Of a DNA stretch of 64,000 nucleotides, positions 40,945-53,400 are shown one piece after another. Every line of letters begins with the position of its first letter. The first letter of the stretch is position 1. This DNA is from Raillietiella orientalis (taxonomy: Eukaryota). The DNA lies in contig JAYWIR010000018.1 of NCBI GenBank assembly GCA_036172245.1, positions 248,001 through 312,000 on the forward strand. The letters are read 5' to 3'. The position numbers and the translations under genes were made by a program. The notes under the pieces are model-generated. The model did no database searches. It saw nothing but the letters and a program-made list of their open reading frames with translations, and was not told the DNA's origin.

Positions 40945-42375
40945 TACCACTGCACCTTTCTAATCCTCTAAGGGAATTTTATATTACTCTCATTCACCAC
41001 TGAATTCAGTCTGTATTTAAAGTTGGATGCTGTGCACAATTATATATTTAATCGTGATGTGCATTATTATTCACGAGTTATCCAGTGTGCAATTATACGG
41101 TACCGTACTTTCTGGACGTTGTAGAGATAACTTGAAACTTGAAAAACTAATTGTTTTGGTTCCAGTAGAAGCCATTGGGATCATGGTGATAAAGCTGATG
41201 TTGTAACATATGACGGGAAAAAAAAAATACTGTATGATGTGGTAAAAATGCAAATTTCCCAGGTGCGGTACACAATAATAAGTCGAATACATTATGCATA
41301 CGAATCGTCATAATTCATGTGCAATTCGTATGCAACCTGTTTTTATGCTTTGGATAATTCCCTGCAACGAAGAATTTTACCATCCACAAATATTTTGTTT
41401 GGAAAAATCGATCTTGCTTTCAAAATCCGATGACACGCTAAGCAGCCCTCAGGCAACGGCGTTTCGAAAGTGCAGCCCGGGCTGGTGGTTGCCTCTGTGT
41501 GCTTTGCATGGCCGTTAACACGGAGGGTGCAGTGAAAGAAAAGGTGGACTTTTATCAGTCTTTCATTATGATCTCTGCCTGGATGCATCCATGTTTCCGA
41601 AACGTACCGACCCGTCTGAGGAAAAAAGAAGCGTCCCAACTGTAGCTGCAAGAATCTCGAGGGAAAAAGACGTCAGCGAGTCAGAAAGCTGCTCAGTCAA
41701 AAGAGCACTGCCGAAAGTACAGATTTTCATTTTTCTTTTCTTTTTTTTCACATTCACCTTAGCATTGCATTCTCCACTGACTTATGGCGATCATCCTGGC
41801 ATGTAACAAGAGCCAACGAAATCTTCCAGTAAAGCAGACTCCGTGGACTCGCCGCTGAGGACCAAGCACCAGATTCCAGCTTGAAGGAAGAATGTTCACG
41901 CCGTTGATGGTTCTAATGTGTAAATTATGGAAGGGGAGGAGGGAAAAGAAAATTAGCGTTAAAAAATATCCGTTGATTCGACAGGTAATCGGTATTTTGA
42001 CATGCACGTCATGTCCGTCAATTTCAGCTCTGAAGGGTCAAGCATCACTCTGAGAGCATTTTCCCTTTTTTCAGTGAATTTTCTACCTATCGGGTGCCGT
42101 ACACTATCGCTGTAGCAAGCAATTTACGGTGAACCTTCGGTAGTTCCACATCCATGTACACGGGGAAATCCTGATGCTCTTTCAAACAGGACAACGGAAG
42201 CCATTGAACACAGGAAATGGTGCACTCGATTTGGAAAATTTTATTGGACTGATTTATTTGATGGTATGCAAAATACTGAAATCTCGACAACAGCTTCCCT
42301 CCATCTCTTTCTGGCTCTGCCACATGACTTCTCTCGCTGCTGAAATGAACTTGGTAGCAAAATTACGATAATTTT

Positions 42376-44171
42376 TCAAGAGGTGGCCATTGACATAGCT
42401 TTCATATTCATCAGCAATCTGTGCATGTTCGTGGCATTACTGTATCTTACAGTCTTCACATCTAGAGCGTCTACGTGAATGTTTTTGGTGTGCCACACTA
42501 ATATCCGAGTGCAGTTGTCGGCTTTCGGTTCCAGGTCATTTAGCTCAATTCCGAGACTTCTAAGAAAGCCATCTTCTTCATAACCAGGTATGTAAGGCAT
42601 ACGGGCATTTGGGCATGATCTCAAGAATTGCAGGTCAACTGCAAACCCAGCCATGTCTAAGGCAAACTTGCGATTGCCTAACCAGCTGTCGAAGAAGCCT
42701 ACCACGGTTCCCTGCAGAACACAAAATGTGGTCAGCAGTTGAAAATCAATGGATTAGAAATCATCAAGAGTGTGACATAGTAGGACTCTTATAGAATCAA
42801 GGTCATGCTTTTGCAAGATTTTATGACTATACACAACAAAAGTATCGGAAAAGGCTTTCTCACGTTTTGGACTATTGGAGAACTAATGGCAAATCGGCCA
42901 ACTAATCCAACAGGAAATACCGACACTACTTTCGTAGAATTTATCTCTTGGAAAAGTTCTGTGGTGTACACGTTGTCATCGTCTGCAAAGTAGATAACCC
43001 CTCTGTCGAAATGGTTGAGAGCCCATCTCATTCCAGCTTCTCTTCCAGAAACTCCTCGTGGTTGCACCTGCATCTTTCGAAAGTGAGCAGGCATCGACGC
43101 GACCAGATGAGAGTACGATAAATGCGAGGATTTCAACATTTCCGTGAGCTGCGGGTTGCAGGATGGGCTGTCTTCGATCAAGATCCAGTGTATGGATGGA
43201 ATGGTTTGGAAAAGGTAACGAAGCGTCACCAGCCCAGCCATCTGTGTTGGTCTCGCGTAAGTTGGTGTTATGACGACGAGGGGCCGCTCCAGATCCTGAA
43301 ATGGTGCCTCATATAAACGAACAGCCCCTACCCTTGCGCTTATTAGAACGCATAAGTTTCTCTGCATCCACCGGCCTTTCTTTCCGTAAAAGGAAACGGT
43401 GGTGTGAAAGGATTTTCTGTAAAAAGATCCATTGCAAAATTTTGCGGTATGGGAAGAAAGTTGCCCACTTCAGGATTCTCGACAGCCACTCGGAAGGCAA
43501 AGGATCCGCTTCGGAGAAGCATCCAGCAAACGCCAGCTCAAACGCGGGAGCTCCCGGAAGCTTCGTGGGCATCGAATCGGGCGGTTGCGCAGCGATATAG
43601 CAGCATGCGGAAGTCGACCCCAGTCCAAGGTCAACGGGAGCTGAATGTGTCGAGAGATTGAGGGCACAGAAAAAGGCCTGTTTTCTCAACTCGATTGCAG
43701 CTCTTTATCTTACTTTGCGGACACCTTATCTTACTCAGCAACCCTTCGAACTTGCCGATTCTTTGCATTGCTCATGAGCGCCCAACGCGGCAGTGATGAC
43801 CGAAAACCAGAGCGCCTATCTCCGATGAAAGCGCGCATATTTGCCAACCCGCATCCACGGCAACGCCATCCTGCAGAGCGACTCATCCGTCCCAGGTCCC
43901 GAGAGGCGACCGGCACCTTACTGGCCGCAAAGAAGTGGCCGCATTGGTCGCCTTCCGTCGACGTCTGCCAGGGCGGCTCTGACTCCGCTCTCTCCTGCCC
44001 GGTTCCTGCTGCGTCTAGTTGCTTCCAAGTGGAGCTCTCTGTCTTGCTAGCACTGATCGTCATCAGCCATATCCACAACGTCAACAACAAATACACCAAC
44101 AACCAGAACCAGTAGATGGTGGTGCTGCTCTTCAGACGGCACGCGAAACCGTTCACTCGTTGAGAGTACAT
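42376..44171 (-). CDS. GT43 glucuronosyltransferase (GlcAT-P/S-like), paralog 2, 340 aa
   Basis: Exons 44171-43917 (TM IYWFWLLVYLLLTLWIWLM), 43295-42864, 42711-42376. Motifs VITPTYARPTQ, YFADDDN, FALDMAGFAV, LEPKADNCTRILVWHTK. Same intron phases and same last-exon length as paralog 1. Confidence 0.9.
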
Positions 44172-44592
44172 GGGTGCTGACTTTCGGGTGGGGAATAGAG
44201 GTAGGCAGCTGCCGCATGAGCAAGATAAACACTAGCACATTGATAACAAAATCAACAAAACCTCTCCATTTCACAAGGGGATTTGGGGATCCTTTACGTA
44301 TCCGCTGCCTTCGGAGGGCCAACGATCTTTTGCAATTGGCAAACTCAGCAATCGAACTCCAGAGAGAAGCAGTGCCACCGAGTCCCGGTTCCGCCTCCGG
44401 CGGCTCCCGGAAGTGTTCCGAAAACGCGAGAGTAGGCACGGCAGAGTGAGGATCTCGGGCACCAGCAAGGAATCCGCAACAGATGTCCGTGATTCACTAT
44501 CAGAGCGCAAGCGGATGCCTACGAAGCCGCCCTCGTGTCAACAACTGCTGACGCACGAGGCCTCGCGAGGGGGGCTCTGGAAGGTTGGCATT

Positions 44593-46700
44593 AGAGGAGT
44601 AGCCCATCGCCTGGACGGCACGCACGGGGGCAGACGGTCGCGGGATGCAGGAAGATTCTTGCGATCCCGCGAGCGGAGCCTGAAGGGGAAGGGAGAGACG
44701 AAGGGCCGAGTGCGGGAGGTTGGATTCTCTGCGGGCAGCAAGAGTTTCTGGAAATCGGCGGGCAGAGGGCGGCCGCAAGGAGGCGCGCGCGGTGCCAGCA
44801 CTAGCGTTCCATCCGGCGAGCGTCGTTTGCTTGCAGTTGATGGGAGCCTCCGGGTTGAGGCGCAGCAGCCAGGTGGCGATCCTCAACGCCAACTACATGA
44901 GCCAGCGGCTGAAGGAGGCCTACGACATGCTGTTTATGGACGGGAACGGGCGCGTGGGCCACGAGTTCGTCATGGACGTCAAGCGGTTCAGGAAAAGCGC
45001 CGGCATCGAACCCATCGACATTGCGAAACGGCTTCAGGATTTCGGTAGGTTGCCCGCGGTTGGCGCCGCCGCTGCGCTCGGGCTGCATCGCGGGCTTCCC
45101 GCGGGTGCCTGGTGCGGTGTCGCCTCGGTTTTCGGTTCGGGGGGTGGGGAGGGGTCGAGCTATTCTTCGTGGCCGGAGACCGTCAGGCTGAGGCAACCGG
45201 GACCTGAAAGGAAGGGGGGGGGGTCGTAGGGTCACCGAAAAGGCAGTCGCAGGCGTGTCACGAGCGGGCTGCGGGGGCGTGCGCGCCGAACGAGGAGCGT
45301 GGGATGGAACGGGTGGGCTCGTTACCACGGTTACGGTTGCGGTGACTTGCACTGCATGCGAGCGGAGTGACCGACGCGTGATCTCTCCCCTGGCGCCCTG
45401 GGTGGCGACTCTGAGCACGTGGACTCTGTTGGGAAGTCCGGCGTGCTCCTCGCGCGTGCGCGCACTGCCCACGCGCTCAGGGGATGTTTGGCTGGCGGAG
45501 AGGGGCGCGCGCAGGATCGCAAGAGGAGGAGGAGGGTGTGGAGTGCATCCAGAGGGTTCGCCGGCTTCTCCGCGAGGGAGAGTGCGTGGGGAGCGCGCAA
45601 CTGGCCGGATGTCCCGGCATCCGGTAGTGGGGAGCGACTGTGGCGTGGAGGACGGAGGTGGGAACGGATGAGAGGCGTCGGTGAGTCTTCCCGGAGGCGC
45701 CTTCCCTGTCGTGCGAGGGGATTCGGCACTTGCCGCTTCGAGGTCAGCGACCGGAGGCGACTCCTTCCTTCCTTGCGTCCTGCCTTCGTTTTTTCCCGTT
45801 GTTTCGCTGCTTCACCTGCGTGCCGGACGGGTGCATGCATGCTGGTTCCTGGGGCGTGGAGAGAGAGAGTGAATGGGGGTGGGTGGGTGCGGAGTAGAAA
45901 GTCAGCGGTGTTGCTGCGAGGTCGGCCCGCGCATCGACAGGCGAAGGAGACCGGGGAGGGAGGGGTTTTTTTGTTGCAACGCTGGGGCGGTGCGGGGACA
46001 CCTGTTCACCGTGCTTGTCTCCAGGGTTCCACTCCCCTACGATGTCTTGGCCGGCGGTGGGCGCCCTGATGGTGGAACCCACCGAATCGGAGAGTCTGGA
46101 AGAGATCGACCGCTTCTGCAACGCGCTGCTCGGTAGGGTATGGCGCGGCGCGCGGCGGTCTGAGCTTGCGGCCTGTGTGCAGCGATCCGTGAGGAGATCC
46201 GCGCCATCGAGGAAGGACGGATGGACGCGGCCAACAACCCGCTGAAGAGGGCGCCGCACTGCCAGCACACGGCGCTGCAGGACGCCTGGGACCGGCCTTA
46301 CAGCAGGCTCCGCGCCGTGTACCCGGCGGTAGGAGCTCGCGCGGTCGCTCGTCGGAAGGCTGTCGTGCGCATTCCAGGACTTCGTGGTTCCCGGCAGCAA
46401 GGTGTGGCCGACGGTCGGACGGGCCGACGACGTGCAGGGAGACAAACATCTGGTGTGTTCGTGCCCGCAGTAAATGGAGGAGTGGGCGTCGCTGAGGTGC
46501 GCCGCGCGGCGACTGACCGGTGCCGCCCGGGAGGGGCGCAGCCGGTGGTGCGCTTTGAGCGCGCGCGGAGAACTCCAGGAGAATACAAGGAGTGGTGGTG
46601 TTTTGCGGAAAGCACTGAGTGGGCTTGGGTGGTCGGCCGCCCCGTGGCGCTTGGTGAGCAGCGCGTGCGCTGCTTGCTTCCGGCATCAAACGCGCCTTTC
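44593..46700. repeat. Right arm of 2108-bp inverted repeat
   Basis: Reverse complement of 9827-11934. Exact match starts at AGAGGAGTAGCCC (44593) and ends at CGCGCCTTTC (46700). Confidence 0.97.
44837..46473 (+). pseudogene. GLDC: Orphan, undamaged copy of GLDC exons 17-20 (no 5' exons upstream in this orientation)
   Basis: Exons 44837-45044, 46025-46132, 46183-46328 and 46378-46473 have intact splice sites, frame and stop (LMGASGLRRSSQVAILNANY...HLVCSCPQ*). Lacks the PLP-lysine exon. Confidence 0.9.
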
Positions 46701-47019
46701 CCCGCTGCTTCTACGCGCATCTTCCGGTTGCCGACGCCGTTCCCTTTTTTCGGGTTCGGATGTGGGAGAACGCCTGAAGGCTCTTCATATTGGTCTGGGG
46801 AAGAGACCCTTAGCAAGGAGGGCGGCGGCTGGCGGTTTCTGATAGTCGGCTAGGCGAAGATCGTTGTCAGACGACAGCTCAGGGCGCAGACCTTTCAGCA
46901 CTCAAACCGGAGCCTATGTCCGAGGTTAACAATCGCTGCACTCCCTGGCTATCGGGTGATCGCTTCGGGGCCTATAGAGGTACCCAACGGCTCTTCTGTA
47001 CTTCGGTGCTCCGCAGGAA

Positions 47020-50000
47020 AGATGGGATCCGCTGTTGGACGCAAGCTGACATTCTTCAGAGGTCCAACTGGGAACTTAGCTTTCCTGGAATATAGACTTC
47101 CCCGCTCTTCGGGTCCAATTTTGTCTTCGTGTGAGTGATGCTGCGGGGGGTGAGCATCCCCTAAAGAAGGAATTGATGTTGTCCCACTTTGAGAGGCAGG
47201 ACTCCGGAAGGCAGCTTGGGAGACCTCCATTTTTTCACGGTTCTCTTGATCGTGTTGATCGTGAAGGGTAAGGGTTGGTAGGGTAGGATCAGCTAGGAGC
47301 TGAGTCCGGATCGACGCGCTGCCCCGTCCGGGCAGCGTTGCAGGTGTTCTTGTGAAAAGACATCCATCCTTCCGCTTCTTTCTTCTGTTAGTGGCCCGAG
47401 GAAGGCTTGGCATTTGAAAACGCAGACGTCACCATTCAGAGTTCCTCTTTGAACGTAGGGTGGTTGGCGTGATCGCTAAGGGAACGACGCCGATTCTGAG
47501 CCTTCTATTCCCTCAGAAGCGGCGAAGGGTTTCCTATTCGAGCGGGAAGCGGACGAAAAGTCACTTTCGCAGTACCACTGGGTATTTTGGGGGCTTTTGG
47601 CACCCGAGTGCGGAGCCAGATGCCAAGGGCGGGCCCCAAAATCTGAGCACGGATTCCGAGCCGAGCAAGGGACGCGCGTTGCCGGTTGCCAGGAGACCTT
47701 GGGCCTTGGATTGACTTGGGATCCGCGCCTGCTTGCTGGAGCGGGCGGGTATGCGTTGCGCGCGAGCGTCTTCTCTGAAGCGACAACGCGCTGGTCCACC
47801 AGCAGAATGGTGCCAAATCCCCAGCAACCGACTAGCACTGCCCACGGGCTAGAAGTGGACGGCACTCCATGGTGCATGATGTTTGGCAGCTGCCATCGGG
47901 GTCAGACTGTCTCGGGGATCCGTTCTTCCCCGTCGTTTCCCCTCCTTTGTAACCCACCGGGAGAATAAACCCGGTGACGCCATTATCGGGACACCGATGG
48001 CTCGTAACTACAAGGTTCCTCGGCGCAAGAGTTTTTTTCACCGTCGTTCGGGTTCACAGCGGAGCGACAGCCCCGGGGAGACTCCTCCGATGTGTCCCCC
48101 TGGAGCTCTCGGACTCGGAAAGGACCTTCCGGGCTCTCGCGGAATTCTGCACACTCTCGGGGGCCTAGGATGACGTTTTGCTTTGTCGACTGCACAGAGT
48201 GAAACCTCCTGAACTGCGGGCATAGCTGAGAGTGCACCGCCGTCTGTCACCTGCTGGAGCTCACTGGGTCCGTCCAAGAATCATCCCAAGTGGTCCCCTG
48301 GGTCTTCCCAAGGGTCTTGATCTCGGAGGAGAGCGCGCGCTTGCTCAAATGTGACTCGATGACTACCAGCTAGGAAGCCATTAGGATCTCCCATCTCTTT
48401 CTGCGTCGCAGACTGCAAGAACAACTTGGATGGCTCCACGTGCTCCAACCAACTCGTTCTGCAACCCGGCTTGAACTTCGCTTCTGTACTCCGCCGTGCT
48501 CCACCTCTCTTGAGGTTCAGCATCCCTCTCTTGAAGTTGGACCAATAGCTTTCACCGGACAGACGCTTCCCGTCGCTTCCATTTTCTTCTGCTTTGGCTC
48601 GACCTTTTTTTTCCCACGACCGATCGGATGACCTGAGGACGCGGCGGGTGTTTCTCAGTTCGCATGAGCGTCTCACGCCCACTCGGAAGCCAGGCGCGCA
48701 TCGCGGTTTTGTGCGGTGCTCACGGGATCAGCGCCGCCCTGAGTCGCAGGGATGCCGTTGTGCCTCCGCTGACCCAGGCCATGGAGCTGCTACGTGCGAA
48801 AATGTGGGCAACCCCACCAAGAGAGCTGTTTTTTCTCCACTGATCACTTGACCAGCAAGAGCACCCGTTTAGCACTACTTCGATTGGACCATGAAATGTG
48901 GATGATATCCCTACTGGATGACCACCGGTTGGTTCCCTCTGTTTCACATTGGCCGCTGGGGTGACCTAGGGGGCTCAAAAAGTTATCAAGCGGAGGCGGA
49001 AGGAAGGGAGACCGCATCTTTCTCATTCGAGCGTTCGGGATTCGAAGACGTGTGTGTGCTACCGACAATCTCCGCTTCCGTGGGGAGGGGGAGTGGGCCT
49101 AGTGCTCCGGGCGCACCCGAGTTGTCCCGCCCGGGCTGATCCGGGGAGGAATTCGACACTCGCATGCTCCTCAGGAAATGAAATGATCGGACTCTCTGGT
49201 TCGGGAGAGCTCGTTCTCTGTGAGCGCATGGCGATGAGAGTGCGCGAGTGCCTGAGACGCTATCCTTCGAGAGACAGGTCACGACAGAGTTCAAGACCGC
49301 GGCACTTTCTCTGACACCTGCATCTTATCTGAAAAGCGTTTGCGATCATTGCCTTGCTTGAGTACGGGCTGACTTCCCAGTGGGGTGACTCCCTAGTCTT
49401 CCTGGTCTAAAGCATCTCCTTCCGTTGATTCCTGAGAGATGATACGGAAGAGCAGGCTGTAAATAGAAAGATCAGCTGTCGTGAGCCCTCTTGGGGGAAG
49501 GCTCCTCTTCTCTTCAAGGGAGGATCTTCTCAATATTGGGGAAATTCTCATCGTCCACATACCTTAGCATCGGATTCTGTGAGTCACATCTGCAGCAAGA
49601 TGCATCCAGACGCTAGATCAGTCGTGAGTCTCTGAATAGGACGCTGATAGGATAGGACGATGGATGGGCAAACGTTACCATTATCTTTGCGAAGCAGAAA
49701 GATCAAGGGAAGGGAGGAGGGTGCGCTCCATCAATTGCTAGCCCTCCAGCTGAATCCTGAGTACCTTGCTGGCGAAAGTTATGGAGATGCTCGTGCTATC
49801 CTGCGCTGGATTTTAGAAGCAACCTTCCCTTGCAAATCTTGGACTGAAATTGCGGCTTAAACTCCTGGATCACTCACCAACTCGGGAGTCTGAGAAGCGC
49901 TCGAAGAGACAAGAACTACTTTCTGTTACCCTGGTGTGGTATGTGGTATGTGCCCCAGCTTACGCCTCCTGTTCTTTAAGGCTGAGGAAGATGCTTGAGA

Positions 50001-50450
50001 AAGTGTTCTGTTTGCTGTTCGAAGAGCTGACTCCTTTGAAGCTCTCAGAAGCCACACTGAGGTCACAAAAGCATCTCCCTTGGTGAGGATGCATATTATC
50101 AGAGCAATTTTGGAGCTTGTGTTTCAATCCTTCTACCTATCTTCTTGTTGGGTCGATTCTGCAGTTGCACGGCATCTCACCACGTGCCCTTTCCGAAGTT
50201 CTCGAGGGAAAGCAAGGACACTTTTCTCTTAGCTCTCTGCTTCATCGTCCCTGCAGACCTTTGCCAGCCTCTCCATACAAGCTGAGATCCAACTGTATGG
50301 ACTTTTAGGGAAGCCGTCTCTAAAGCAGTTAGCACGACATATGTTGAATGCTCGTCTTCTGACTCCGATCAACATGAGACTGAAGCAACCAACAGTGACC
50401 GCTAGCCTTGTTATAGACACCACAACACACATTTTTACAGCTTTGCAAAT
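47020..50450 (+). mobile_element. Decayed DIRS-like (tyrosine-recombinase retrotransposon) element
   Basis: In order: VGRKLTFF (cf. VGGRLxxF), EYRLP..GPILS (cf. GYRIPFxxxPPLS), KEGIDVVP, FSRF..LIVKGKGW (cf. FYSRLFLVPKKxGGWRP), PIRAGSGRKVTFAV (cf. PIHPSSRKYLRF), HRVKPPELRA (cf. HINxLELRA), then TPLKLSEATL resembling the YR N-terminal region. Many stops; by-eye only. Confidence 0.5.
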
Positions 50451-53400
50451 TTATTCCCGTACCTAGCTTTTGTCATAAGTCACTTTCGAGAAAGATGCCT
50501 GCCCCCTGCCTGCAATTAGCAGCTCTCAGATTATGCAGCTTATGCAGTGAAGCTGCAGCATCCTTGCATCGCTCTGTGCTGAGCGAGTCCCTGCTCTGTG
50601 TTTGTGTGTGGCTACTGCTACCATGCGTTTGGCAGTCAACTGAAAACACCACCGAGAAAACTTGCTGCACACCATGCCGCGTGCAGCCTCTCGTCGGTTT
50701 CATGGAGGAACAGGTAAGTAAAAGAAAGTGAGGAAAAAATGGAACGCCAATGAGATTTGTATGCAGGCAGGCAAAAACCTGATGACAGAAATTCGGGACT
50801 CAAACCTTACAACTGCCTGTTGCTTTGATTTCTTCGAAACCTGTGCGCATGCCTCGAGACTGCTACGTTGAATAAGCCTATATTGCTTCACGTGATACCA
50901 AGTGCACTGGCAAAAGGTAATTCCGATATTTTTCTTGAATGCATCTGGGTATATATCTAATTCTTGCATCAGGGGAATTTAGAACTGAAAAGGAAGGTTT
51001 TAAAAGCAATTGAACTACGCTTAGCCACATGCTGCAACTTTTCACCCAGATAAACACGCCTATGTAGAATGTACTTTATGTATTCCACCGAGAAATGTTT
51101 CCAGTGATGACTTCCTTTGAGAACTCTGAAATTCTGATCATACGCGAGTGATGTTCTATATTCATGAGCATAGGTTTGAAAATAACGGAATCTGAAATGT
51201 GGACTTTTTGGTTCTCATATCGAAAGGAAAACGATGCATGTAAATTTCAGATCGTTCACCATGTTCGTATTCACGCTACAGATTAACGGCAATCAAGCAT
51301 GGAGTCTTACGCATTCGAAAGGCTCGCGTGTCAAAGATGAGTCGAAATTTTGCAATATGGGAATTTGCTCCCAAGCCTGAAAGTCTCTCAAGATCGCCCT
51401 TTGCTTGATGGGTTACCTCAGAGAGAGAACTGTACCACCTGCTCGAGACAAGATGAATCACAGATACTGTAAGCACGCGTGCCATAAGAAACGAAAATTA
51501 GTTTCAATTCTTCAATGCAGCATTCGTTTGCAGAGAAGTGAATGGCATTTTCGATTCCTTCCTGCTATAATGCTCATAAAATAGTTCCAACCATTCGTGG
51601 ATAGCAAATGTAAAGATCAGGTAGAAATAAAAACGGAAATGAAGTACCAGAATTACTTGAGTACCAGATATTACCGTACGCCTTTTGGTTATTCAAAAGT
51701 TTCCGAATTGCCGTTGATATCATGCAGCCATTATTGTTAGTAGGAAACTCACTTCTAGTTATTTCTTTGCACAGAAACCTTTGGCACTTGACCAGAAAAT
51801 AAAGGTTTTAAAGGTCCTTTACACAAGTGCCATAGTCTTACAGAAGGTGAAATGCATCTAGTTGGTTAATGTGACTTTCATATTTTTGCGGTAAAGGTAC
51901 TAAAAGTTAAAACAACGATACATAATGAAAGAAGAAAAAAGGCGTTTTCACTTCACAGCCCTGTGATACCAGTTTGATGAATGGCTGGTGCTGTATTTGG
52001 GTGAATTCACCAATGTGACTGGGCAACTGATCAGCTTTTTATGCACTTCACTGTTTCACTAGGGTTACTGGAAGCAACAGCTTGAGCAACATGCTTTGCT
52101 TCTTCTAGAGTTTGACTTTGAGTAGCAGTGGAGGTGGAACTTGGAGTAAGAGGATTGAAGTCAAACAAGTGATTTGACACTGGAGAGCCTAAAGTTTGCT
52201 TTTCCACCTCTCCTTGCTCAGTTTGTGAGAAGTGAGTAACAGTCACAGGCTGGCTTGGTTCAAGAACAGGAGTAGGATCAGATGGATCATCATTCAAGTA
52301 GTTCACAAGTGGCCATGATTAGACCCCAACTGCAACGTCAATACATCCCTTCCCTACATTCTACATTGGAGAAAAAAATAGCGCACTATCATACATATAA
52401 CAGCTAGAAAGATGGATGCAGCATTTGAATTGCATATTAGGACCATTTAAGGCACAACATTCTTCTCAGAATCAGTTGCAATGTTTCTCTCCATTTCCTC
52501 CTCAACTTTGACTACAGAATTTGATCCATGTTGACTGCATTCCCATTAGTTATGTGCCAGCTTTCGAAAATACTGCACTTCATCCTATCTGGAATGGACT
52601 TTGGAACATTGCCACATGCTGACAGCCAAATTTAGTTGTTGGGGACACAACTGTACGAGACATTTTGGATTTCTCTGATTTGGAGTTTCTGGTATTTTCA
52701 ATTCCAGGTTTTACAGGTAAAAGAGACAAGGCACTCAGCAGTAGGGCTTGCTTTGGCACTCCCACATAACTTCTCAATGCAAGAATCTCTGTAGGTATCA
52801 AATCAAACTATCAAGACATTCTTCTGCCGAAAAACCTAATGTAGCTAATCATCAATGCAAATCGTGTTTTAATGAGCTGACTGACTGACCTGATTTGGTG
52901 ATCAGGTTATTGACCATTTTTCCTCATGCCACACCTACCACACTATGCAAGGAAGAAGAACTAGTGTCCGTTTCTAAGGAAAGTCTGGAAGCATATTTTC
53001 CTTAGAAAGTAAGGAACTTTTTCATTAAAAGCAACCAGCATGCTGGGGGCACCGTTTTCCATAAGGATTAGTGAGTGTGTTTTCTCTATAAGTCATTCTG
53101 ATAGCATCTAACTCTCACAAACAAATCTCAGGCTTGGATGTCTTTCAAATTGCAGTTTGAGTTTGATGCATAAAGCAACCTTTGCTAAAAAATACCATAC
53201 CTTTGCTAAAAAGGTACATGTAAGTCAAGAGACCAAATTTTAATCATTTGTAACAGAACTAGGAGCCCATTCCGAAAAAGGTTTGCCTTTGCCTTACTGT
53301 TAGCACTCTCATATGTGATTGCAATAAATGCATGGTTTTCCATAACCCCTTTCCAAAGATGCTTTCTGGCCTTAGTCTTTCCATGCCAAACTTTAACAGA

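Noticed and set aside
53179..53212. Short direct repeat CCTTTGCTAAAAA x2 (similar micro-duplications near 28244-28270 and 61103-61125)
   Set aside because: Ordinary slippage-type duplications with no associated structure.
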